Source of the DNA: Candidatus Eiseniibacteriota bacterium
GTDB taxonomy: Bacteria > Eisenbacteria > RBG-16-71-46 > JABDJR01
Direction: 5' to 3'
Length of the DNA: 64,000 bases
NCBI GenBank assembly: GCA_963762255.1
Contig: CAVXKA010000001.1
Span: 1,632,001 to 1,696,000, forward strand
Shown here: in pieces, positions 1-9,217 of the stretch
How the letters are laid out: each line of letters begins with the position of its first letter
Numbering within the stretch: position 1 is the first letter of the stretch
The notes under the pieces: model-generated
Database searches by the model: none
The model's input: the letters and a program-made list of their open reading frames with translations, nothing else
What the model was told of the DNA's origin: nothing
Translations under genes and position numbers: made by a program

Positions 1-414
1 CCCGCGGCGCCGCGGCAAGCCGATTCCTGGTTGAGAGGCAGCGAGACCATTCTCCTCGTGGAGGATGAGGAGGCGCTCCAGTTGTTGCTGAGCACGGTGC
101 TATCTCGTGCCGGCTATCGCGTGATGTCAGCCAGAAACGCACCGCAGGCGCTGACCCTGGCCGGACATGGCGTCGAGGGCATCGACCTGCTCGTCAGCGA
201 CGTAATCATGCCGGGCATGGGCGGGCGTGAGCTGGCCGACCGGCTCCTGTCGCGGCGGCCGGAGCTCAAGGTGCTCTTCATCTCGGGCTATCCCAACGAT
301 GCTTTGGGAACCGTGGGCTCGCCCGGCGCCGAATTGGCGTTCCTCACCAAGCCATTCACGGCCGATGAGCTGCTGCGCAAAGTGCGGGAGACGCTGGACC
401 GCGAATCGGCGTAA
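1..414 (+). CDS. C-terminal receiver domain of a hybrid sensor histidine kinase (5' truncated)
   Basis: Frame is open from base 1; GSETILLVEDE...LLVSDVIMPGMGG...FISGY...FLTKPF is a typical CckA-like C-terminal REC domain. Confidence 0.85.
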   Translation, partial: PAAPRQADSWLRGSETILLVEDEEALQLLLSTVLSRAGYRVMSARNAPQALTLAGHGVEGIDLLVSDVIMPGMGGRELADRLLSRRPELKVLFISGYPNDALGTVGSPGAELAFLTKPFTADELLRKVRETLDRESA

Positions 415-461
415 GGGGCAGGAATAGGGGACCGGCGCCGTCAGCGCGAGGGGATGCGCGT

Positions 462-2858
462 TCAGCGTGAGCGGGGCTTCTCGATCCCGAGCTTCTTGAT
501 CCGTCCGGCAAGCGTGGTGCGGCTCATGCCGAGGATGCGCGCAGCCGCGGTGGTGTTCCACTCGGCGCTCTCGAGCGCGTTGCGCACCCGGGCGCGTTCG
601 ATCTCCTCCAACTCCGCCGGCAGGGAACCGATGTCGTCCCCGGACGTGACTCCAAGGAAGTGGCGTGGGTAGAGGAAACCCTGGGTGCCCGCCAGCGCCA
701 CCGCGCGCTCGATGGCCAGCTTCAACTCGCGGACGTTCCCCGGCCACGATTGCCCCATGAGCCACTGCGTCGTCTCGAACGTGAGTTCGAGCGACTTTCC
801 CTGGCTCCGGTTCGCGTGCTCGACGAAGTGCTGAGCGAGAGGGGGGACGTCCCCGAGGCGCTCCCGCAAGGGCGGCAATGTCACTTCGAGGCCGCGCAGG
901 CGGAAGTAGAGGTCCTTGCGGAACCGCCCGCTCTCGACGGCCTTCACCAGGTCCACGTTCGTGGCGGCGACGATGCGCACGTCTACGACCTCATGCTTGG
1001 TGCCGCCGACCGGCCGCAACTCACCTGTCTCCAGCACGCGCAGGAGCTTGGCCTGCGCGGAGGCGGACATCTCACCGATCTCATCGAGGAACAACGTGCC
1101 TTGGTGCGCCTCGCGGAAGAGGCCGGGCTTGTCGTAGATCGCTCCGGTAAACGCGCCGCGGCGGTGCCCGAAGAGTTCGCTCTCCAGGATCTCCGCGGGA
1201 AGCGCGCCGCAGTTGATGGCGAGGAAGGATTGGGCCACGCGCGGGCTCAATTCGTGCACGAGGCGGGCGAAGAGTTCCTTCCCGGTGCCGCTCTGGCCGT
1301 GGATGAGGATCGGGACCTTGGTGGGGGCCAGCTTCGCGATGATGGAGGCCTGGTTCTCGAGACGCCTGGATGCGGTGATGATGCCGAAGCGCCGCAGGTC
1401 GACCCGAGGGAGTTCGTCGGCGAGACTTGAGCCGGCTGGATCGAGAGAGGCCGGCGCATGGTTGGCGGCGAGGGACGGACCCTCGGCCGGAAGGAATCCC
1501 AGTTCCTCTCGAATCGTGCGCCAGCGCTCGAACATGGGGCGGGCGCCGCCGGCTTCGGCGAGGTACTCGACGCGGGTCCACCATTCGTCGGCGACGTCCG
1601 GGCGATCGAGGCTGTCGGCCACGGTGACGATGCGTCGCGCGGTCAGGAGGTGCTCGTAGCCGTACCCAAGCCGGGCTGCCCGGTTCGCGTGCTCGATCAG
1701 CTTGTCGAGAGCCGATTCGCCTCCACCGTTCAGCCACTCGATCTCGGCGTCTACCCGGTCGAGGGCCAGGGTGTCCTCGGCTTCGCTGGCTGTCTCTGCG
1801 TGCTTGCGCGCGCGCCGGACGTGGAGGGTTGCATACCGAGGGTGGTCGCGCTCGACCCAGAACTCGGCGAGCCAGCGGTGGAGTTCGATGGCGGCATCAG
1901 AATGAGTGGACACGCGGCGCGCGCACCTGAGCGCCTCGGCCATCGATCTGAGCGCCTCGAGTGAACGGTCCTCCAACGCGAAACCGCAACCTAGATATTC
2001 ATGCCCTTGACCCTCCTCTCTCGGTGAGTCTAGCCGTCTCGCCAAAGCGATCGCCTCACATGCCAGCTCACGTGCCTCTGCTGCCTTGCCCATTCGCACA
2101 CCCGCGATCGCCATCCCCAGCCTTCCGCGGAGCTCTCGCATGGGCGAGTTCATGAGTGGCGACGATTGCGCAGTGAATGCGTAGCAGTCATGGGCAGAAT
2201 CCAGGGCTCCACTCTCCAAGAATGTGCTACCAAGATTGAGAGAGACTGACGCCAGGAGCGATGGTTCCTCAATGGCCAAGCAGATGGTCCTCGCTCTTGA
2301 CAAGAGCGCTCTTGCGCTGTGTGGATCGCCTTGAAGTCGGTAGGCTGAACCAAGCGCGAAGCTCGCCCGGACTTCGTCAAACTGATTGATCCCGGTCGAC
2401 GAGAAGAGAGCTTTGCTCAACTCGAGATGCGAGATCGCGGAGGCCAAGTGGCCCGATCCGAGTTCGCAGACACCCAGACCAAGCAAGCCTTCTGCTTGAA
2501 GAGCGGGTATCCCTTCCGCGCTCCCCTCCGTACGCAGAGCCTCGGCAGCGCGCTGTGCCCGATGCAGTCGACCACTGTAGAAAGGGACGTTCCAGAGTCC
2601 GTGGAGGAGTCGCACAAACTCCCCTTGCTCAGCGGGGGGAAGGGCTCGCCACACCGTGATCGCTTTGAGAGTGGCTGTCTTTCTGGCTTGAGGAGAACCT
2701 GACTCAAATTCCACACGCATCTCGTCAGCCGCGACATATGCGTCTCTACCGACCTTTGATCTCGCTGTGGCTTCAAACCCAGGACGTGGGCAAGCCACTT
2801 GCGTGGACGTCAGGTGCGTGAGTCTCTCCAGCAGTTCGCGCTCGTTCCGGACTGCCAT
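462..2858 (-). CDS. Sigma54-dependent enhancer-binding protein with N-terminal TPR-like region, AAA+ domain and C-terminal HTH
   Basis: GQSGTGKE Walker A, ESELFGH, GAFTGA, LFLDEIGE, WPGNVREL and a Fis-type HTH (AARILGMSRTTL); about 440 N-terminal aa of helical TPR-like repeats (e.g. ALGSAYRLQGD, NLGSTFLESG). Confidence 0.9.
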   Translation of the reverse strand: MAVRNERELLERLTHLTSTQVACPRPGFEATARSKVGRDAYVAADEMRVEFESGSPQARKTATLKAITVWRALPPAEQGEFVRLLHGLWNVPFYSGRLHRAQRAAEALRTEGSAEGIPALQAEGLLGLGVCELGSGHLASAISHLELSKALFSSTGINQFDEVRASFALGSAYRLQGDPHSARALLSRARTICLAIEEPSLLASVSLNLGSTFLESGALDSAHDCYAFTAQSSPLMNSPMRELRGRLGMAIAGVRMGKAAEARELACEAIALARRLDSPREEGQGHEYLGCGFALEDRSLEALRSMAEALRCARRVSTHSDAAIELHRWLAEFWVERDHPRYATLHVRRARKHAETASEAEDTLALDRVDAEIEWLNGGGESALDKLIEHANRAARLGYGYEHLLTARRIVTVADSLDRPDVADEWWTRVEYLAEAGGARPMFERWRTIREELGFLPAEGPSLAANHAPASLDPAGSSLADELPRVDLRRFGIITASRRLENQASIIAKLAPTKVPILIHGQSGTGKELFARLVHELSPRVAQSFLAINCGALPAEILESELFGHRRGAFTGAIYDKPGLFREAHQGTLFLDEIGEMSASAQAKLLRVLETGELRPVGGTKHEVVDVRIVAATNVDLVKAVESGRFRKDLYFRLRGLEVTLPPLRERLGDVPPLAQHFVEHANRSQGKSLELTFETTQWLMGQSWPGNVRELKLAIERAVALAGTQGFLYPRHFLGVTSGDDIGSLPAELEEIERARVRNALESAEWNTTAAARILGMSRTTLAGRIKKLGIEKPRSR

Positions 2859-2861
2859 CGT

Positions 2862-3167
2862 CTAGATCCACCTGAGAAGCAACTGGGTGATGAACGAGAG
2901 AACGGCCTGGGACAGAGACGCCGCGGGCCCGACCCTCACGCCAGTGTGATAAACCGTGGGGAAGAGTTGGCGATCAGGTGCTCCCCACTGATCCGGTTTG
3001 CTCTCCAGCCCCCCCCCAAAATCGCCTAGGTCCTGGGCGATGTGAGACGTCCGGGCCAGTGCAGGCTGAGGGATGAAAGACAAACTGATCATGACGACCA
3101 ATGAAACGCAGAAGGCGAGAATCAAGAGACGCGCGATCTGGTGGGTGAGACCGCGGAATATTGCCAT
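2862..3167 (-). CDS. Small secreted protein / putative signalling pre-peptide (101 aa)
   Basis: GGAGG RBS about 10 nt before ATG 3167; signal peptide (RLLILAFCVSLVVMISLSFIPQPALA); stop lies 3 nt before the ATG of the TPR-EBP gene. Confidence 0.7.
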   Translation of the reverse strand: MAIFRGLTHQIARLLILAFCVSLVVMISLSFIPQPALARTSHIAQDLGDFGGGLESKPDQWGAPDRQLFPTVYHTGVRVGPAASLSQAVLSFITQLLLRWI

Positions 3168-3290
3168 CGGGGTTGTCCTCCACTTGGGGACGGGGTCCCG
3201 GCCGAAACCGCCGCAGATGCCATCAGCGGAGCAGGTCTTGACTTGACCGCATTGGCGGCACGCCGAGGACATGGCTACAAAGTAGCCAGT

Positions 3291-3320
3291 AAGATACATT
3301 ATCTGCCGTGGGCTTGTCAA
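3291..3320 (-). promoter_or_regulatory. Putative sigma70 promoter for the peptide/TPR-EBP operon
   Basis: Minus strand TTGACA-N18-TATCTT; an inverted repeat TGGCTAC-aaa-GTAGCCA at 3272-3288 lies just downstream of it. Confidence 0.45.
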
Positions 3321-3494
3321 GAGTGACGGGATAGGAGCATCAGGAGATCTGCGAAAACATGACTATCTTGGTTGCAATTGGAGGTGACGCATGGGCCGGG
3401 TGCACCCGAGGCGAGGGCAACCGGTTGCATGTCGACGACAGAGTGCGTGTTAACCCGAGATATGCATTGACCCCCGGTCCGCGGTAACCGAAAC

Positions 3495-3530
3495 AGCGAG
3501 GCCGGGCCCATCACGGACCCGGCCATCGCT
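3495..3530 (-). terminator. Hairpin downstream of the S9 peptidase, putative terminator
   Basis: agcga-ggccggg ... cccggcc-a-tcgct inverted repeat about 35 nt after the stop at 3567; short U-tract on the minus strand. Confidence 0.45.
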
Positions 3531-3566
3531 CAACGAACTGCCAACGTCTCGTCTACCGAACTGGGG

Positions 3567-6320
3567 CTACTTCCCCGCCCCCGCCGCCGGCGTCATCGAC
3601 GTGAGCGTCGATGTCATGGTCGCGCCGCCCATCGAGGGCATCTTCTGCTCCCCGCGCACCGCGAAGTGCGGCGCCTCGCGGGTGACCCACGACTTCATCC
3701 CGCCGCCCGGCTCGTCGTCGATCGGGGTCAACTCGACCACGAACGTCGGGAACGATCCCGCGCCGCTCGATGAGATGTCGCTCCCGATAACCGCGAGCTT
3801 CATCGTTCGCACCTTCTGGCTATTGACCTCGAACACGCGAACCGTGGCGGTGTACCCCTCGGCGAGCGGCAGCGTCGCAACCGCCAGGGCGAGCCCCGAC
3901 CCGTCCGTCCACACCGGCGCGTCGAGCTTCACCTCCACCGGGAGCGTTTGCCCGCCGCCGACCAGCTCACCCGAGATCTTGTCCGCGGCGTACTGGAGCT
4001 TGATCGATCCCATGCCGCTCGCGGTCTGACTGACCGGCATCAGCGTCTTGCGATCGAGAAGCAGCGTGCTCTCCTGCATGCCCATCGGGGTCTCGATCAC
4101 GTCGTTCACGCTCCACAGCGATCGCCCCGCGTCCTTGATCGCCTCGATCGTACGCGTGATCTTGAGATCTAGCTTCTGCCCGCCCGCCTCGATGCTGACG
4201 TCGTAAGCGAGCTTGTTGTCCTTGATGAGGCTGCCATCCAGCGTGGGCAGCGCCGACGTCTTGGCCGTCTCCGCGACCTTAACGGCCGCGGCATCGGGGA
4301 GCTTCACGGACGCAGGATCGACGGTGATCTCCTTGAGCCGCGCGGCGATCTTGTCAGGGACGTCCTGTTGCACCCGCCCGCCCAGGTTCTTGGCGAGGAA
4401 TCGCTCCATGGCCACCGCCAGCGCCATCCGGTTCTCCGCCGAGCGGAACCCGTGTCCCTCGTCGGGCGCCACGATGTACTCCACCGGCATCCCCTTGTCG
4501 CGCAGCGAGACCACGATGCGATCCGACTCCGCCTGCTTCACGCGAGGATCGTTGGCGCCGTGCACCACGAGGAGCGGCACCTTGATCCGGTCCACGAAGT
4601 TGATCGGCGAGCGCGCCTCCAAGTCCTTCCGATCGTTCGGATCGGCCGGATCGCCCACGCGCAGGTACCACGAGCCCTTCAGGAACGGCCGCCAGTAGGC
4701 GGGGAAGGACTCCATCAGCGTGATGAGGTTGGACGGTGCGACGTAGGGAATCGCGCACTTGTAGAGGTCGGGCGTGAACGTGACCCCGGCCAGGGTCGCG
4801 TAGCCGCCGTACGAACCGCCGAAGATCGTCACGCGCTTCGGGTCCGCAATGCCTTCCTTGATCAGCCACTGCACGCCGTCGGTGAGGTCGTGCTGCATGG
4901 CGCCGGTGCCCCACTCGTGGTTGCCGGCGTTGAGGAACTTCTTGCCGTAGCCGGTGGAAGTCCGGAAGTTCGGCTGGATGACGGCGTAGCCCCGGTTGGC
5001 CAGGAACTGCGCATAGGGCTCATATCCCCAACTGTCACGCGCCCACGGGCCGCCGTGGGGATACATGACGAGGGGGAGGTTCTTGGGCTCGACCCCCCTG
5101 GGCAGGGTGAGCAGCGCGGGGATTTCCATCCCGTCGCGCGCCTTGTAGCGCACAGCCTTCATCTCGGCAAGGTTCTCGCTCGGTAGGTCGGGCCGTGACC
5201 GGTAGAGCAGCGTGAACTCACCGGACTGCCGGTCGTAGAGATAGATGGAGCCGGGATCCACGTCGCTCTGCACGGCGATCAGATGCCAGCGCATGTCCTT
5301 CGTGGAGGATCCCACCCCGATGTTGCCGGGCGGCAGCTTCTCGCGGATGAGCTTCAGGTCCCGCTCGAACTCCGGGGTGCGCGCATAGATGCGCTGGCGA
5401 TCGCCGTCGTACACCGTGCCGATCAACTCGTAGGTGCGGGAATCGAAGAGCGGCGCCCCGAAGTCCACCTGGTTCTCCGGATCCGACTCCACCAACTCCG
5501 TCTTGCCGGTCATCGGATCCATGAGGACGAGCCGGGTGAGATCGACGTCATCGCCCTTGTTGGTCTCGAAATAGACCTTCTTGCCGTCCGGTGTGAACAT
5601 CAGCGGGCCGGCCGCCTCGAGGTAGGAGACCTCGTAGATCGGGATCAGCTTCTCGCCCTCGACGCGGAAGAACTGGCTCCCCCCGTCCTCCTTCTGCTTC
5701 ATGGCGAGGCGGACGTTCCCCTCGAGGTCGAAGGTGTAGCCGCCGACGCTGTCCGTGTTCTTGATGAGGAGCGTTCGATCGCCGGTCGCGATGCTCACCG
5801 TGTAGACGTCGCTGAACATGGGATCGCGATCGTTCAACCCGACCAGAATCACGTCGGGCTTGTTCTCCGGAAGCGCGTAGATCGTCGCGCGCGCGCCTTC
5901 AACGGGTGTGAGATCGCGCGCCGAGGGCACGCCGCTCGCCGCTTCGGGGGCCCCCGCCGGATCCACCGAGTAGACGTGCCAGTTCTCGTTGCCGCCCTTG
6001 TCCTGCACGTACAGAACGTAGCGGCTGTCGTGGCTCCAGAAGTAACCCACGACCGGCCGCTCGTCGGCGGTGAGGGGCTTGGCCGCGTCGAAGGGCTCTT
6101 CGCGCTTCTTGACCCAGATGTTGCGCACATCCTTGTAAGGCTTCACGAAGGTGATCCACTGCCCGTCGGGCGAGATTTGGGCGCCCGAGATTTGCGGATC
6201 GCCGAAGAAGAGTTCCCGGTCGATCAGCGGCGGGAGATCGGCTCGCGCCGGCGTTACCCCGGCCAGCACGGCCAGGCCGAGCAAAGCGACCAAGACGGGA
6301 ACGAACAGCTTCCTGCACAT
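3567..6320 (-). CDS. Secreted S9 family peptidase (dipeptidyl aminopeptidase/acylaminoacyl peptidase) with an extra C-terminal domain
   Basis: Signal peptide [21 protein letters not shown]; HGGPW, GGSYGG nucleophile, NDPRV, DEGHGF; GGAGGAG RBS before 6320. Confidence 0.9.
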   Translation of the reverse strand: MCRKLFVPVLVALLGLAVLAGVTPARADLPPLIDRELFFGDPQISGAQISPDGQWITFVKPYKDVRNIWVKKREEPFDAAKPLTADERPVVGYFWSHDSRYVLYVQDKGGNENWHVYSVDPAGAPEAASGVPSARDLTPVEGARATIYALPENKPDVILVGLNDRDPMFSDVYTVSIATGDRTLLIKNTDSVGGYTFDLEGNVRLAMKQKEDGGSQFFRVEGEKLIPIYEVSYLEAAGPLMFTPDGKKVYFETNKGDDVDLTRLVLMDPMTGKTELVESDPENQVDFGAPLFDSRTYELIGTVYDGDRQRIYARTPEFERDLKLIREKLPPGNIGVGSSTKDMRWHLIAVQSDVDPGSIYLYDRQSGEFTLLYRSRPDLPSENLAEMKAVRYKARDGMEIPALLTLPRGVEPKNLPLVMYPHGGPWARDSWGYEPYAQFLANRGYAVIQPNFRTSTGYGKKFLNAGNHEWGTGAMQHDLTDGVQWLIKEGIADPKRVTIFGGSYGGYATLAGVTFTPDLYKCAIPYVAPSNLITLMESFPAYWRPFLKGSWYLRVGDPADPNDRKDLEARSPINFVDRIKVPLLVVHGANDPRVKQAESDRIVVSLRDKGMPVEYIVAPDEGHGFRSAENRMALAVAMERFLAKNLGGRVQQDVPDKIAARLKEITVDPASVKLPDAAAVKVAETAKTSALPTLDGSLIKDNKLAYDVSIEAGGQKLDLKITRTIEAIKDAGRSLWSVNDVIETPMGMQESTLLLDRKTLMPVSQTASGMGSIKLQYAADKISGELVGGGQTLPVEVKLDAPVWTDGSGLALAVATLPLAEGYTATVRVFEVNSQKVRTMKLAVIGSDISSSGAGSFPTFVVELTPIDDEPGGGMKSWVTREAPHFAVRGEQKMPSMGGATMTSTLTSMTPAAGAGK

Positions 6321-6500
6321 CGTCAACATCTCCTCCCAATAGAGGGGGATAGAGCCGAGGATCGGCTTGAAGGGGATCTGCGAGGGGTGGCCGGATTCTA
6401 GCGTATTGGGCGGGGGGTGACGATCTCCATTCCATTCGACTAGAATGCAGGCGGATTGTGCGGTTCGCCCACCTCTTGTCCCGAATACAAGGAGTCGACC

Positions 6501-9186
6501 ATGAGGCGCATGGTTTTCCTGTTCGCCGCGCTCGCGTTCTCCCTGAGTCTCGTCCTGGGGTGCGAGAAGGATAAGGTGACAGGACCCGGCAGCGGGAGCA
6601 GCGACCTTCCCATCCCCGACCAGATCGCGCTGTCGCGCGATATCCCGGCTCTGCTCGCCAACGGCGTTTCCACCACGCAGATCTTTGCCACCGTGGTGGA
6701 TGCGCAGAGACGAGTCTTGGAGGGCGCGGCGGTCTACTTCGTCGCCGACAGAGGGTTGGTCGAGCCGTTCGCTACGACCGATCGCACCGGGGTGGCCAGC
6801 ACCACCTACACTTCCGCGGCGAGCGCCGTGGATGTGACCGCGCGCATCACCGCGCAGGCGTTCAAGGACACGCTGGGATCGCCCCTCCCGGGCGCGCTGG
6901 TGCTGCTCAGCAAGGAACCCTTGAGTCAGGACCTCCTCGACAAGGCCGTCGACGCGCGGCGCAGCATCGTCCGCGACGGCGTGACGCTGGCGGCAGCGGA
7001 TGTCGTGGAGGACCATGTCGATGTGGAGCTCCTCGGCATTACCTTGACCGTGACTGCGACACCTTCGGCGATTCCGGCCGACGGGATCAGCACGAGTCGG
7101 GTCCGCGCCCGTCTCGTGGAGACGACGAGCAACGTGCCGCTGGACGGAGAGAGCGTCCGCTTCGGCTCCACCGCCGGAGCGATCACCGGGCGGGTGACCA
7201 CCGACGCCACCGGGACAGCGACCGCGACGCTTACGGCGACCGCGACCGGGACCGCAGGGATCACCGTCTACTACGGAAACCTCCTGACGACCACGACCAG
7301 CGTGAGCTTCAGCGCGCTCAACCTGACCCTTTCCGCCGCTCCGGCGAGCATCGTGGGCGACGGCAAGACGACGACCACGGTCACCGCGCGGCTGGTCAGC
7401 GCGCTCCTCAACCCCGTCGTCGGTGTCCAGGTTCGATTCACCACGAATCTCGGTTCGATCGCCGGCTCCGCCGTTACCGATGGATCCGGGGAGGCGAGGG
7501 CCATGCTGCGCTCGGCGAGCGGCACCGGCACCGCGACGGTTTCGGCGACCTACGAGGGCGCGCCCACTGCGACCATGACTGTTTCCTTCACCGCGATCCC
7601 GACCGCGGCGGAAGTGCTGCTCTCCGCCGAGCCAGGATCACTCCCCGCCGACGGCGCCAGCGAAGCCACCCTGACCGCGCGCGTTCTGGACGCGGGCGGC
7701 AACCCGGTGCCTGACGGTACCGCGGTGGTTTTCTCGGTCGTCTCCGGAGGCGGCAATCTCGTAGGACCGAATCGGGTCACGGTGAGCGGCGTGGCCGAGG
7801 CGATCTACGTTGCCGGGACCACCTCGGGGCTCGTGAACGTGAAGGCTCAGGTCGGCACCGTGCAGAAGACCGCGCAGGTGACCTTGACGCGCCTGGGAAC
7901 CGGGAGCCTGACGTTGACTTCGCTGGATGCCACCGTCATCGCGGACGGTCTCAAGTCGACCATCGCTCACCGCGGTGGTCAAGGACGCTCTGGGCAACCC
8001 CGTGGCCGCGGGGACGGCGGTGTCTTTCCAGACCTCGCTCGGTGCGATCGAGGACGTGAAGCCCACCGACGCCTCGGGGGTTGCCACCGCGAAGCTGCGG
8101 CCGAACCGCTTCGTCACCGGCACCGCGCGGGTGACTGCTGCGGCGGGCGGCTTCAGCCAGATCGTGGACGTGAAGTTCGTCTCCGAAACGGCGACGCACA
8201 TCGTCGTGATCGACGTGAACGAGCCAAGCATCGGCGTGGTCGAATCGGCTTCGCCTCAGGTTGCGCAGATCACCTATGAGGTCCGGGATCGCAACGGGAT
8301 CCCCGTGGACCGCGATCACGCGATTTCTCTCACTTTCGCAGTGGACCCCGGGGAACCGTCTGCGACGGACGCGGTCGTAAGCCCCACGTCGGCCACGACC
8401 AACGAGCGCGGGCGTGCGGTGGCCAACGTCCAGGCCGGGCGGGTCTCCGGATCGATCGAAGTGCGCGCGACGTCCGGTGCGCTGGTGTCCAGGCCGATCC
8501 GGGTGGCGATCCACGGCGATCTCCCCGATCCGGACCACTTCTCACTCGCCTTCCAAAAGGTCAACATCGCCGGACTCGTCTATGAGGGAATCCGCAACAA
8601 GGTGACCGCTCACGTGGGAGACCAGTGGGGGAACCCGGTTCCGGACTCGACGGTGGTTTGGTTCTGGGCCGATTACGGCATCGTCCAAGGGAGCGGGTTC
8701 ACCGATGACTTCGCGGAAGCTGTCGTCTGGGAAGTCACCTCGGCCCCGTACCCGCTCATCCCGGGGGGCGACGGACTGGTCGCCATCACGGCCCAAACGG
8801 TGAGTAAGGCGGGCCTCAAGATCGAGACTAGCGGCAACGTGATGTGGTCCGGCCCCACGATCGTGGAATTCACCGACCCCACTCCGGGCGCGGGCTTCGC
8901 CATCCTGAACGGCGGGTCCAAGACGTTCACCTTCCGCGTGCGCGACCTCAACAATAACCCGCTCACCGGAGGAACCAAGATCACGGTCGAGGCCACTGCC
9001 GGGAATCTGGCGGGAGACACCGACATCGTGTTGCCCGACACCCAGAGCGCGGAGTACACGACCTTCCACGTGACCCTGTCCGACGACGTCCCGGATGAGG
9101 ATCTTGTTCGACCAACGACCATCACGGTGAAGGTGACGAGCGAGAACGGGAACCGGGCCGCCACGATCACGGGGACGCTGAACTAG
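6501..9186 (+). pseudogene. Lipoprotein with multiple invasin/intimin-type Ig-like (Big_1) repeats, split by a +1 frameshift near 7961-7966
   Basis: AAGGAG RBS, lipobox LVLGC, repeated ADG..T.TA.V.D..GNPV..G.AV.F.T motifs; the repeat continues in a second frame (SLTAVVKDALGNPV). May be a sequencing indel rather than a true pseudogene. Confidence 0.75.
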
Positions 9187-9217
9187 AGGGCGCCGGTCCG
9201 ATCCCGGGCACGTGAAC

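Noticed and set aside
6321-7016. N-terminal 230 aa of the 1149-aa S9 ORF
   Set aside because: Overlaps the divergent lipoprotein gene; the signal peptide and RBS place the real start at about 6320.
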